A DNA stretch of 64,000 nt, from assembly GCA_002269645.1 (NCBI GenBank), contig NIVC01001301.1, forward strand, positions 25,954 through 89,953, given 5' to 3'. The notes below the pieces were generated by a model. That model was given only the letters and a program-made list of their open reading frames with translations. It searched no databases and was not told the DNA's origin. The position numbers and the translations under genes were made by a program. Source of the stretch: Macrostomum lignano. Lineage: Eukaryota. Of this stretch, positions 24,499 to 37,600 are shown in pieces. Each line of letters begins with the position of its first letter. The first letter of the stretch is position 1.

Positions 24499-24594
24499 GC
24501 CATCCCCGCATCGGTGTTTCTGGGATTTTTTGCAGCTCAATCGCAACTTTTTGGTCGGCCCGAATTACAGAATTAGCTTTAGCAGAAAGCAAAA

Positions 24595-25216
24595 ATGCTT
24601 AACAAAACGAACTCTATTTGTCTGGCTTTTCTTATTGTGGTCACCTTGTTTGGTAAGTTGGTGATTTGGGAACTCCCACGCCTATTCCGCTGACCCCCTA
24701 AAAACATAGTGTACAGGCGGCACATTACTTTCTCATTATCGTCAGGAAGTGTACGCACCCATTTTCAAACTGGTACGTGGTCAGTGGTTATGTAACCAAT
24801 ACTTCTCAATCCTCAGGTGCGGGCCACGCAATCACCTGCCTGACGTATCAGTACTCCGGCATCACGGGAGGAACTCCGACAGCGACGGAGTGCGGCAGCG
24901 CCGTTACCACCTGCTACAAGTACCAAACTACAACAACTACGCCTGCCTCGAGTTCGATGTTCAAGAACAGCCTGACTCTCACTGTAAGTTAAGCAGAGTC
25001 CGCGTTAGACTTTTTGCGGCCAGCACAGCCTGATTCTCGCCCCCCTGACAATGGCAGAGTTACAGTGGCAGCTGCGGTGGCTGCAACTCTGCCTGGACCA
25101 ACTGCAACACCTGCAACACCGACCAGTGTAACTCCGCCTTTGCCGCTGTGCGCTCCGTTGCGCCTCTGAGCCTGGCTCTGCCTCTCGTCATTGCCGCCAC
25201 TCTCCGCTGCTTCTAA
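24595..25216 (+). CDS. GPI-anchored Ly6/uPAR (three-finger, CD59-like) protein; exons 24595-24652, 24817-24983, 25058-25216
   Basis: Signal peptide MLNKTNSICLAFLIVVTLFG (donor GTAAGT, phase 1), ITC..C..C..C..C..C..C, terminal TDQCN motif, then a hydrophobic GPI-type tail. Phases are consistent. Confidence 0.85.
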
Positions 25217-25607
25217 AAGGAGCAAACAATGACGACCTTGACGAGTTTGACGAGCTTCAACGGATAAAAAAACATTATAAACTTAAACATTCTTTACCGA
25301 AACTTAATACAATGCTTACCATATTTTAATCTTTTTTACAGTTGGTTAGCTTGTTAGTCTGCTAAAGCATGAGAAATACTCACTTTTTTGTTTCCAACGA
25401 TAAACAACATAAAATATGCATGGATAGCCCCTGATGCTCGAAAACAATCTGGTAGTTTGCAATAGCACTTCAGCTGATTTCTATCTTCTCATAGTTGTCT
25501 ACATCTTTCTTCGATTTAAACAAAACCTTGAGCGCAGCTGTCATCAAAGCATTAAATTGGAGAGCAAAAACTGAATTTCGAGTTCATGCTTTCGGAATAT
25601 AACTTCG

Positions 25608-28600
25608 AGTCATTGTCTGTGGCAGTGTGGAGTGATATTGTCTCTGGTAGTGTGGTGGATTGTCTGTGGCAGTGTGGAGTGATATAGTCTCTGGTAGTGT
25701 GAAGGATTGTCTGTGGCAGTGTGGAGTGATATTGTCTCTGGTAGTGTGGAGGATCGTCTGGCAGTGTGGAGTGATATTGTCCCCGATAGTGTGGAGGATT
25801 GTCTGTGGCAGTGTGGAGTGACTGTCTGTGGCAGTGAGGATTGACTGTCTGTGGCAGTGTGGAGTGATTGTGGCAGTGTGGAGTGATTGTCTGTGGCAGT
25901 GAGGAGTGACGTCTGTGGCAGTGAGAAGTGACTGTGGCAACGAGGAGTGATTGTCTATGGCAGTGAGGAGTGACTGTCTGTGGCAGTGTGGAGTGACTGT
26001 CTGTGGCAGTGTGGAGTGACTGTGGCAATGAGGAGTGATTGTCTATGGCAGTGAGGAGTGATTGTCTATGGCAGTGAGGAGTTATTGTCTATGGCAGTGA
26101 GGAGTGATTGTCTATGGCAGTGAGGAGTTATTGTCTATGGCAGTATGGAGTGACTGTCGCAGTGACGAGTGACTGTCTGTGGCAGTGTGGAGTGACTGTC
26201 AGTGGCAGTGAGGATTGACTGTCTGTGGCAATGAGGAGTGACTGTGGCAATGAGGAGTGATTGTCTATGGTAGTGAGGAGTGATTGTCTATGGATATGAG
26301 GAGTGATTGTCTATGGCAATGAGGAGTGACTGTCTGTGGCAGTGTGGAGTGACTGTCTGTGGCAGTGTGGAGTGACTGTGGCAATGAGGAGTGATTGTCT
26401 ATGGCAGTGAGGAGTGATTGTCTGTGGCAGTGTGGAGTGACTGTCTGCATGGCAGTGTGGAGTGACTGTCTGCATGGCAGTGTGGAGTGACTGTCTGTGG
26501 CAGTGTGGAATGACTGTCTGTGGCAGTGTGGTCTGTGACAGTGAGGAGTGACTGTCTGTGGCAGTGTGGAGTGACTGTCTGTGGCAGTGTGGAGTGACTG
26601 TCTGTGGCAGTGTGGAGTGACTGTCTGTGGCAGTGTGGAGTGACTGTCTGTGGCAGTGTGGAGTGACTGTCTGTGGCAGTGAGGAGTGACGTCTGTGGCA
26701 GTGTGGAGTGACTGTGGCAATGAGGAGTGATTGTCTATGGCAGTGAGGAGTGATTGTCTATGGCAGTGAGGAGTTATTGTCTATGGCAGTGAGGAGTGAC
26801 TGTCTGTGGCAGTGACGAGTGACTGTCTGTGGCAGTGAGGAGTGACTGTCTGTGGCAGTGAGGAGTGACTGTCTGTGGCAGTGAGGAGTGACTGTCTATG
26901 GTAGTGAGGAGTGATTGTCTATGGAAATGAGGAGTGATTGTCTATGGCAATGAGGAGTGACTGTCTGTGGCAGTGTGGAGTGACTGTCTGTGACAGTGTG
27001 GAGTTGACTGTCTATGGCAGTGTGGAGTTGACTGTCTGTGGCAGTGTGGAGTGGTTGTCTGTGGCAGTGTGGAGTGATTGTCTGTGGCAGTGAGGAGTGA
27101 CTGTCTGTCGCAGTGAGGAGTGACTGTCTGTGGCAGTGAGGAGTGACTGTCTGTGGCAGTGAGGAGTGACTGTCTGTGGCAGTGAGGAGTGACTGTCTGT
27201 GGCAGTGAGGAGTGACTGTCTATAGTAGTGAGGAGTGATTGTCTATGGAAATGAGGAGTGATTGTCTATGGCAATGAGGAGTGACTGTCTGTGGCAGTGT
27301 GGAGTGATTGTCTGTAGCAGTGTGGAGTGATTGTCTGTAGCAGTGTGGAGTGACTGTCTGTGGCAGTGTGGAGTGACTGTCTGTGGCAGTGTGGTCTGTG
27401 GCAGTGTGGAGTGACTGTCTGTGGCAGTGTGGAGTGACTGTCTGTGGCAGTGTGGAGTGACTGTCTGTGGCAGTGTGGAGTGACTGTCTGTGGCAGTGTG
27501 GAGTGACTGTCTGTGGCAGTGTGGAGTGACTGTCTGCATGGCAGTGTGGAGTGACTGTCTGTGGCAGCGTGGAGTGACTGTCTGTGGCAGTGTGGAGTGA
27601 CTGTCTGCATGGCAGTGTGGAGTGACTGTCTGTGGCAGTGTGGAGTGACTGTCTGTGGCAGTGTGGAGTGACTGTCTGTGGCAGTGTGGTCTGTGGCAGT
27701 GAGGAGTGACTGTCTGTGGCAGTGTGGAGTGACTGTCTGTGGCAGTGACGAGTGACTGTCTGTGGCAGTGTGGAGTGACTGTCTGTGGCAGTGTGGAGTG
27801 ACTGTCTGTGGCAGTGTGGAGTGACTGTCTATGGTAGTGAGGAGTGATTGTCTATGGAAATGAGGAGTGATTGTCTATGGCAATGAGGAGTGACTGTCTG
27901 TGGCAGTGTGGAGTGACTGTCTGTGGCAGTGTGGAGTGACTGTGGCAATGAGGAGTGATTGTCTATGGCAGTGAGGAGTGATTGTCTGTGGCAGTGTGGA
28001 GTGACTGTCTGTGGCAGTGTGGAGTGACTGTCTGCATGGCAGTGTGGAGTGACTGTCTGTGGCAGTGTGGAGTGACTGTCTGTGGCAGTGTGGTCTGTGG
28101 CAGTGAGGAGTGACTGTCTGTGGCAGTGTGGAGTGACTGTCTGTGGCAGTGTGGAGTGACTGTCTGTGGCAGTGTGGAGTGACTGTCTGTGGCAGTGTGG
28201 AGTGACTGTCTGTGGCAGTGTGGAGTGACTGTCTGTGGCAGTGAGGAGTGACTGTCTGTGGCAGTGAGGAGTGACGTCTGTGGCAGTGAGAAGTGACTGT
28301 GGCAACGAGGAGTGATTGTCTATGGCAGTGAGGAGTGACTGTCTGTGGCAGTGTGGAGTGACTGTCTGTGGCAGTGTGGAGTGACTGTGGCAGTGTGGAG
28401 TGACTGTGGCAATGAGGAGTGATTGTCTATGGCAGTGAGGAGTGATTGTCTATGGCAGTGAGGAGTCATTGTCTATGGCAGTGAGGAGTGACTGTCGCAG
28501 TGACGAGTGACTGTCTGTGGCAGTGAGGAGTGACTGTCTGTGGCAGTGAGGAGTGACTGTCTGTGGCAGTGAGGAGTGACTGTCTATAGTAGTGAGGAGT

Positions 28601-31600
28601 GATTGTCTATGGAAATGAGGAGTGATTGTCTATGGCAATGAGGAGTGACTGTCTGTGGCAGTGTGGAGTGACTGTCTGTGGCAGTGTGGTCTGTGGCAGT
28701 GTGGAGTGACTGTCTGTGGCAGTGTGGAGTGACTGTCTGTGGCAGTGTGGAGTGACTGTCTGTGGCAGTGTGGAGTGACTGTCTGCATGGCAGTGTGGAG
28801 TGACTGTCTGTGGCAGTGTGGAGTGACTGTCTGTGGCAGTGTGGAGTGACTGTCTGCATGGCAGTGTGGAGTGACTGTCTGTGGCAGTGTGGAGTGACTG
28901 TCTGTGGCAGTGTGGAGTGACTGTCTGCATGGCAGTGTGGAGTGACTGTCTGTGGCAGTGTGGAGTGACTGTCTGCATGGCAGTGTGGAGTGACTGTCTG
29001 TGGCAGTGTGGAGTGACTGTCTGCATGGCAGTGTGGAGTGACTGTCTGTGGCAGTGTGGAGTGACTGTCTGTGGCAGTGTGGAGTGACTGTCTGTGGCAG
29101 TGTGGTCTGTGGCAGTGAGGAGTGACTGTCTGTGGCAGTGTGGAGTGACTGTCTGTGGCAGTGTGGAGTGGCTGTCTGTGGCAGTGTGGAGTGACTGTCT
29201 GTGGCAGTGACGAGTGACTGTCTGTGGCAGTGTGGAGTGACTGTGGCAGTGTGGAGTGACTGTGGCAATGAGGAGTGATTGTCTATGGCAGTGAGGAGTG
29301 ATTGTCTATGGCAGTGAGGAGTTATTGTCTATGGCAGTGAGGAGTGACTGTCTGTGGCAGTGACGAGTGACTGTCTGTGGCAGTGAGGAGTGACCGTCTG
29401 TGGCAGTGAGGAGTGACTGTCTGTGGCAGTGAGGAGTGACTGTCTATAGTAGTGAGGAGTGATTGTCTATGGAAATGAGGAGTGATTGTCTATGGCAATG
29501 AGGAGTGACTGTCTATGGCAATGAGGAGTGACTGTCTGTGGCAGTGTGGAGTGATTGTCTGTAGCAGTGTGGAGTGATTGTCTGTAGCAGTGTGGAGTGA
29601 TTGTCTGTAGCAGTGTGGAGTGACTGTCTGTGGCAGTGTGGAGTGACTGTCTGTGGCAGTGTGGTCTGTGGCAGTGTGGAGTGACTGTCTGTGGCAGTGT
29701 GGAGTGACTGTCTTTGGCAGTGTGGAGTGACTGTCTGTGGCAGTGTGGAGTGACTGTCTTTGGCAGTGTGGAGTGACTGTCTGTGGCAGTGTGGAGTGAC
29801 TGTCTGCATGGCAGTGTGGAGTGACTGTCTGTGGCAGTGTGGAGTGACTGTCTGTGGCAGTGTGGAGTGACTGTCTGCATGGCAGTGTGGAGTGACTGTC
29901 TGTGGCAGTGTGGAGTGACTGTCTGTGGCAGTGTGGAGTGACTGTCTGTGGCAGTGTGGAGTGACTGTCTGTGGCAGTGTGGAGTGACTGTCTGTGGCAG
30001 TGTGGTCTGTGGCAGTGTGGAGTGACTGTCTGTGGCAGTGAGGAGTGACTGTCTGTGGCAGTGAGGAGTGACTGTCTGTGGCAGTGAGGAGTGACTGTCT
30101 ATAGTAGTGAGGAGTGATTGTCTATGGAAATGAGGAGTGATTGTCTATGGCAATGAGGAGTGACTGTCTGTGGCAGTGTGGAGTGACTGTCTGTGGCAGT
30201 GTGGTCTGTGGCAGTGTGGAGTGACTGTCTGTGGCAGTGTGGAGTGACTGTCTGTGGCAGTGTGGAGTGACTGTCTGCATGGCAGTGTGGAGTGACTGTC
30301 TGTGGCAGTGTGGAGTGACTGTCTGTGGCAGTGTGGAGTGACTGTCTGTGGCAGTGTGGAGTGACTGTCTGCATGGCAGTGTGGAGTGACTGTCTGTGGC
30401 AGTGTGGAGTGACTGTCTGTGGCAGTGTGGAGTGACTGTCTGCATGGCAGTGTGGAGTGACTGTCTGTGGCAGTGTGGAGTGACTGTCTGCATGGCAGTG
30501 TGGAGTGACTGTCTGTGGCAGTGTGGAGTGACTGTCTGCATGGCAGTGTGGAGTGACTGTCTGTGGCAGTGTGGAGTGACTGTCTGTGGCAGTGTGGAGT
30601 GACTGTCTGTGGCAGTGTGGTCTGTGGCAGTGAGGAGTGACTGTCTGTGGCAGTGTGGAGTGACTGTCTGTGGCAGTGTGGAGTGGCTGTCTGTGGCAGT
30701 GTGGAGTGACTGTCTGTGGCAGTGACGAGTGACTGTCTGTGGCAGTGTGGAGTGACTGTGGCAGTGTGGAGTGACTGTGGCAATGAGGAGTGATTGTCTA
30801 TGGCAGTGAGGAGTGATTGTCTATGGCAGTGAGGAGTTATTGTCTATGGCAGTGAGGAGTGACTGTCTGTGGCAGTGACGAGTGACTGTCTGTGGCAGTG
30901 AGGAATGACTGTCTGTGGCAGTGAGGAGTGACTGTCTGTGGCAGTGAGGAGTGACTGTCTATAGTAGTGAGGAGTGATTGTCTATGGAAATGAGGAGTGA
31001 TTGTCTATGGCAATGAGGAGTGACTGTCTATGGCAATGAGGAGTGACTGTCTGTGGCAGTGTGGAGTGATTGTCTGTAGCAGTGTGGAGTGATTGTCTGT
31101 AGCAGTGTGGAGTGATTGTCTGTAGCAGTGTGGAGTGACTGTCTGTGGCAGTGTGGAGTGACTGTCTGTGGCAGTGTGGTCTGTGGCAGTGTGGAGTGAC
31201 TGTCTGTGGCAGTGTGGAGTGACTGTCTTTGGCAGTGTGGAGTGACTGTCTGTGGCAGTGTGGAGTGACTGTCTGCATGGCAGTGTGGAGTGACTGTCTG
31301 TGGCAGTGTGGAGTGACTGTCTGTGGCAGTGTGGAGTGACTGTCTGCATGGCAGTGTGGAGTGACTGTCTGTGGCAGTGTGGAGTGACTGTCTGTGGCAG
31401 TGTGGAGTGACTGTCTGTGGCAGTGTGGTCTGTGGCAGTGAGGAGTGACTGTCTGTGGCAGTGTGGAGTGACTGTCTGTGGCAGTGACGAGTGACTGTCT
31501 GTGGCAGTGTGGAGTGACTGTCTGTGGCAGTGTGGAGTGACTGTCTGTGGCAGTGTGGAGTGACTGTCTATGGTAGTGAGGAGTGATTGTCTATGGAAAT

Positions 31601-34600
31601 GAGGAGTGATTGTCTATGGCAATGAGGAGTGACTGTCTGTGGCAGTGTGGAGTGACTGTCTGTGGCAGTGTGGAGTGACTGTGGCAATGAGGAGTGATTG
31701 TCTATGGCAGTGAGGAGTGATTGTCTGTGGCAGTGTGGAGTGACTGTCTGTGGCAGTGTGGAGTGACTGTCTGCATGGCAGTGTGGAGTGACTGTCTGTG
31801 GCAGTGTGGAGTGACTGTCTGTGGCAGTGTGGTCTGTGGCAGTGAGGAGTGACTGTCTGTGGCAGTGTGGAGTGACTGTCTGTGGCAGTGTGGAGTGACT
31901 GTCTGTGGCAGTGTGGAGTGACTGTCTGTGGCAGTGTGGAGTGACTGTCTGTGGCAGTGAGGAGTGACTGTCTGTGGCAGTGAGGAGTGACGTCTGTGGC
32001 AGTGAGAAGTGACTGTGGCAACGAGGAGTGATTGTCTATGGCAGTGAGGAGTGACTGTCTGTGGCAGTGTGGAGTGACTGTCTGTGGCAGTGTGGAGTGA
32101 CTGTGGCAGTGTGGAGTGACTGTGGCAATGAGGAGTGATTGTCTATGGCAGTGAGGAGTGATTGTCTATGGCAGTGAGGAGTTATTGTCTATGGCAGTGA
32201 GGAGTGACTGTCTGTGGCAGTGACGAGTGACTGTCTGTGGCAGTGAGGAGTGACTGTCTGTGGCAGTGAGGAGTGACTGTCTGTGGCAGTGAGGAGTGAC
32301 TGTCTATAGTAGTGAGGAGTGATTGTCTATGGAAATGAGGAGTGATTGTCTATGGCAATGAGGAGTGACTGTCTGTGGCAGTGTGGAGTGACTTTCTGTG
32401 GCAGTGTGGTCTGTGGCAGTGTGGAGTGACTGTCTGTGGCAGTGTGGAGTGACTGTCTGTGGCAGTGTGGAGTGACTGTCTGTGGCAGTGTGGTCTGTGG
32501 CAGTGTGGAGTGACTGTCTGTGGCAGTGTGGAGTGACTGTCTGTGGCAGTGTGGAGTGACTGTCTGTGGCAGTGTGGAGTGACTGTCTGCATGGCAGTGT
32601 GGAGTGACTGTCTGTGGCAGTGTGGAGTGACTGTCTGTGGCAGTGTGGAGTGACTGTCTGCATGGCAGTGTGGAGTGACTGTCTGTGGCAGTGTGGAGTG
32701 ACTGTCTGCATGGCAGTGAGGAGTGACGTCTGTGGCAGTGAGAAGTGACTGTGGCAACGAGGAGTGATTGTCTATGGCAGTGAGGAGTGACTGTCTGTGG
32801 CAGTGTGGAGTGACTGTCTGTGGCAGTGTGGAGTGACTGTGGCAGTGTGGAGTGACTGTCTGTGGCAGTGTGGAGTGACTGTGGCAGTGTGGAGTGACTG
32901 TGGCAATGAGGAGTGATTGTCTATGGCAGTGAGGAGTGATTGTCTATGGCAGTGAGGAGTTATTGTCTATGGCAGTGAGGAGTGACTGTCTATGGAAATG
33001 AGGAGTGATTGTCTATGGCAATGAGGAGTGACTGTCTGTGGCAGTGTGGAGTGACTGTCTGTGGCAGTGTGGAGTGACTGTCTGTGGCAGTGTGGAGTGA
33101 CTGTCTGTGGCAGTGTGGAGTGACTGTCTGTGGCAGTGTGGAGTGACTGTCTGTGGCAGTGTGGAGTGACTGTCTGTGGCAGTGTGGAGTGACTGTCTGT
33201 GGCAGTGTGGAGTGACTGTCTGTGGCAGTGTGGAGTGACTGTCTGCATGGCAGTGTGGAGTGACTGTCTGTGGCAGTGTGGAGTGACTGTCTGCATGGCA
33301 GTGTGGAGTGACTGTCTGTGGCAGTGTGGAGTGACTGTCTGTGGCAGTGTGGAGTGACTGTCTGTGGCAGTGTGGTCTGTGGCAGTGAGGAGTGACTGTC
33401 TGTGGCAGTGTGGAGTGACTGTCTGTGGCAGTGTGGAGTGGCTGTCTGTGGCAGTGTGGAGTGACTGTCTGTGGCAGTGTGGTCTGTGGCAGTGAGGAGT
33501 GACTGTCTGTGGCAGTGTGGAGTGACTGTCTGTGGCAGTGTGGAGTGGCTGTCTGTGGCAGTGTGGAGTGACTGTCTGTGGCAGTGACGAGTGACTGTCT
33601 GTGGCAGTGTGGAGTGACTGTCTGTGGCAGTGTGGAGTGACTGTCTGTGGCAGTGTGGAGTGACTGTCTATGGTAGTGAGGAGTGATTGTCTATGGAAAT
33701 GAGGAGTGATTGTCTATGGCAATGAGGAGTGACTGTCTGTGGCAGTGTGGAGTGACTGTCTGTGGCAGTGTGGAGTGACTGTGGCAATGAGGAGTGATTG
33801 TCTATGGCAGTGAGGAGTGATTGTCTGTGGCAGTGTGGAGTGACTGTCTGTGGCAGTGTGGAGTGACTGTCTGCATGGCAGTGTGGAGTGACTGTCTGTG
33901 GCAGTGTGGAGTGACTGTCTGCATGGCAGTGTGGAGTGATTGTCTGTGGCAGTGTGGAGTGACTGTCTGTGGCAGTGTGGTCTGTGGCAGTGAGGAGTGA
34001 CTGTCTGTGGCAGTGTAGAGTTGACTGTCTGTGGCAGTGAGGAGTGACGTCTGTGGCAGTGAGAAGTGACTGTGGCAACGAGGAGTGACTGTCTGTGGCA
34101 GTGTGGAGTGACTGTCTGTGGCAGTGAGGAGTGACTGTCTGTGGCAGTGAGGAGTGACGTCTGTGGCAGTGAGAAGTGACTGTGGCAACGAGGAGTGATT
34201 GTCTATGGCAGTGAGGAGTGACTGTCTGTGGCAGTGTGGAGTGACTGTCTGTGGCAGTGTGGAGTGACTGTGGCAGTGTGGAGTGACTGTGGCAATGAGG
34301 AGTGATTGTCTATGGCAGTGAGGAGTGATTGTCTATGGCAGTGAGGAGTTATTGTCTATGGCAGTGAGGAGTGACTGTCTGTGGCAGTGACGAGTGACTG
34401 TCTGTGGCAGTGAGGAGTGACTGTCTGTGGCAGTGAGGAGTGACTGTCTGTGGCAGTGAGGAGTGACTGTCTATGGTAGTGAGGAGTGATTGTCTATGGA
34501 AATGAGGAGTGATTGTCTATGGCAATGAGGAGTGACTGTCTATGGCAATGAGGAGTGACTGTCTGTGGCAGTGTGGAGTGATTGTCTGTAGCAGTGTGGA

Positions 34601-37600
34601 GTGATTGTCTGTAGCAGTGTGGAGTGATTGTCTGTAGCAGTGTGGAGTGACTGTCTGTGGCAGTGTGGAGTGACTGTCTGTGGCAGTGTGGTCTGTGGCA
34701 GTGTGGAGTGACTGCCTGTGGCAGTGTGGAGTGACTGTCTGTGGCAGTGTGGAGTGACTGTCTGTGGCAGTGTGGAGTGACTGTCTGCATGGCAGTGTGG
34801 AGTGACTGTCTGTGGCAGTGTGGAGTGACTGTCTGTGGCAGTGTGGAGTGACTGTCTGCATGGCAGTGTGGAGTGACTGTCTGTGGCAGTGTGGAGTGAC
34901 TGTCTGTGGCAGTGTGGAGTGACTGTCTGTGGCAGTGTGGAGTGACTGTCTATGGTAGTGAGGAGTGATTGTCTATGGAAATGAGGAGTGATTGTCTATG
35001 GCAATGAGGAGTGACTGTCTGTGGCAGTGTGGAGTGACTGTCTGTGGCAGTGTGGTCTGTGGCAGTGTGGAGTGACTGTCTGTGGCAGTGTGGAGTGACT
35101 GTCTGTGGCAGTGTGGAGTGACTGTCTGTGGCAGTGTGGAGTGACTGTCTGCATGGCAGTGTGGAGTGACTGTCTGTGGCAGTGTGGAGTGACTGTCTGT
35201 GGCAGTGTGGAGTGACTGTCTGCATGGCAGTGTGGAGTGACTGTCTGTGGCAGTGTGGAGTGACTGTCTGTGGCAGTGTGGAGTGACTGTCTGTGGCAGT
35301 GTGGAGTGACTGTCTATGGTAGTGAGGAGTGATTGTCTATGGAAATGAGGAGTGATTGTCTATGGCAATGAGGAGTGACTGTCTGTGGCAGTGTGGAGTG
35401 ACTGTCTGTGGCAGTGTGGAGTGACTGTGGCAATGAGGAGTGATTGTCTATGGCAGTGAGGAGTGATTGTCTGTGGCAGTGTGGAGTGACTGTCTGTGGC
35501 AGTGTGGAGTGACTGTCTGCATGGCAGTGTGGAGTGACTGTCTGTGGCAGTGTGGAGTGACTGTCTGTGGCAGTGTGGTCTGTGGCAGTGAGGAGTGACT
35601 GTCTGTGGCAGTGTGGAGTGACTGTCTGTGGCAGTGTGGAGTGACTGTCTGTGGCAGTGTGGAGTGACTGTCTGTGGCAGTGTGGAGTGACTGTCTGTGG
35701 CAGTGTGGAGTGACTGTCTGTGGCAGTGAGGAGTGACTGTCTGTGGCAGTGAGGAGTGACGTCTGTGGCAGTGAGAAGTGACTGTGGCAACGAGGAGTGA
35801 TTGTCTATGGCAGTGAGGAGTGACTGTCTGTGGCAGTGTGGAGTGACTGTCTGTGGCAGTGTGGAGTGACTGTGGCAGTGTGGAGTGACTGTGGCAATGA
35901 GGAGTGATTGTCTATGGCAGTGAGGAGTGATTGTCTATGGCAGTGAGGAGTTATTGTCTATGGCAGTGAGGAGTGACTGTCTGTGGCAGTGACGAGTGAC
36001 TGTCTGTGGCAGTGAGGAGTGACTGTCTGTGGCAGTGAGGAGTGACTGTCTGTGGCAGTGAGGAGTGACTGTCTATAGTAGTGAGGAGTGATTGTCTATG
36101 GAAATGAGGAGTGATTGTCTATGGCAATGAGGAGTGACTGTCTGTGGCAGTGTGGAGTGACTGTCTGTGGCAGTGTGGTCTGTGGCAGTGTGGAGTGACT
36201 GTCTGTGGCAGTGTGGAGTGACTGTCTGTAGCAGTGTGGAGTGACTGTCTGTGGCAGTGTGGAGTGACTGTCTGTGGCAGTGTGGAGTGACTGTCTGTGG
36301 CAGTGTGGAGTGACTGTCTGTGGCAGTGTGGAGTGACTGTCTGCATGGCAGTGTGGAGTGACTGTCTGTGGCAGTGTGGAGTGACTGTCTGTGGCAGTGT
36401 GGAGTGACTGTCTGCATGGCAGTGTGGAGTGACTGTCTGTGGCAGTGTGGAGTGACTGTCTGCATGGCAGTGTGGAGTGACTGTCTGTGGCAGTGTGGAG
36501 TGACTGTCTGCATGGCAGTGTGGAGTGACTGTCTGTGGCAGTGTGGAGTGACTGTCTGTGGCAGTGTGGAGTGACTGTCTGTGGCAGTGTGGTCTGTGGC
36601 AGTGAGGAGTGACTGTCTGTGGCAGTGTGGAGTGACTGTCTGTGGCAGTGTGGAGTGGCTGTCTGTGGCAGTGAGGAGTGACTGTCTGTGGCAGTGTGGA
36701 GTGACTGTCTGTGGCAGTGTGGAGTGACTGTCTGTAGCAGTGTGGAGTGACTGTCTGTGGCAGTGTGGAGTGACTGTCTATGGTAGTGAGGAGTGATTGT
36801 CTATGGAAATGAGGAGTGATTGTCTATGGCAATGAGGAGTGACTGTCTGTGGCAGTGTGGAGTGACTGTCTGTGGCAGTGTGGAGTGACTGTGGCAATGA
36901 GGAGTGATTGTCTATGGCAGTGAGGAGTGATTGTCTGTGGCAGTGTGGAGTGACTGTCTGTGGCAGTGTGGAGTGACTGTCTGCATGGCAGTGTGGAGTG
37001 ACTGTCTGTGGCAGTGTGGAGTGACTGTCTGCATGGCAGTGTGGAGTGACTGTCTGTGGCAGTGTGGAGTGACTGTCTGTGGCAGTGTGGTCTGTGGCAG
37101 TGAGGAGTGACTGTCTGTGGCAGTGTAGAGTTGACTGTCTGTGGCAGTGAGGAGTGACGTCTGTGGCAGTGAGAAGTGACTGTGGCAACGAGGAGTGACT
37201 GTCTGTGGCAGTGTGGAGTGACTGTCTGTGGCAGTGAGGAGTGACTGTCTGTGGCAGTGAGGAGTGACGTCTGTGGCAGTGAGAAGTGACTGTGGCAACG
37301 AGGAGTGATTGTCTATGGCAGTGAGGAGTGACTGTCTGTGGCAGTGTGGAGTGACTGTCTGTGGCAGTGTGGAGTGACTGTGGCAGTGTGGAGTGACTGT
37401 GGCAATGAGGAGTGATTGTCTATGGCAGTGAGGAGTGATTGTCTATGGCAGTGAGGAGTTATTGTCTATGGCAGTGAGGAGTGACTGTCTGTGGCAGTGA
37501 CGAGTGACTGTCTGTGGCAGTGAGGAGTGACTGTCTGTGGCAGTGAGGAGTGACTGTCTGTGGCAGTGAGGAGTGACTGTCTATAGTAGTGAGGAGTGAT

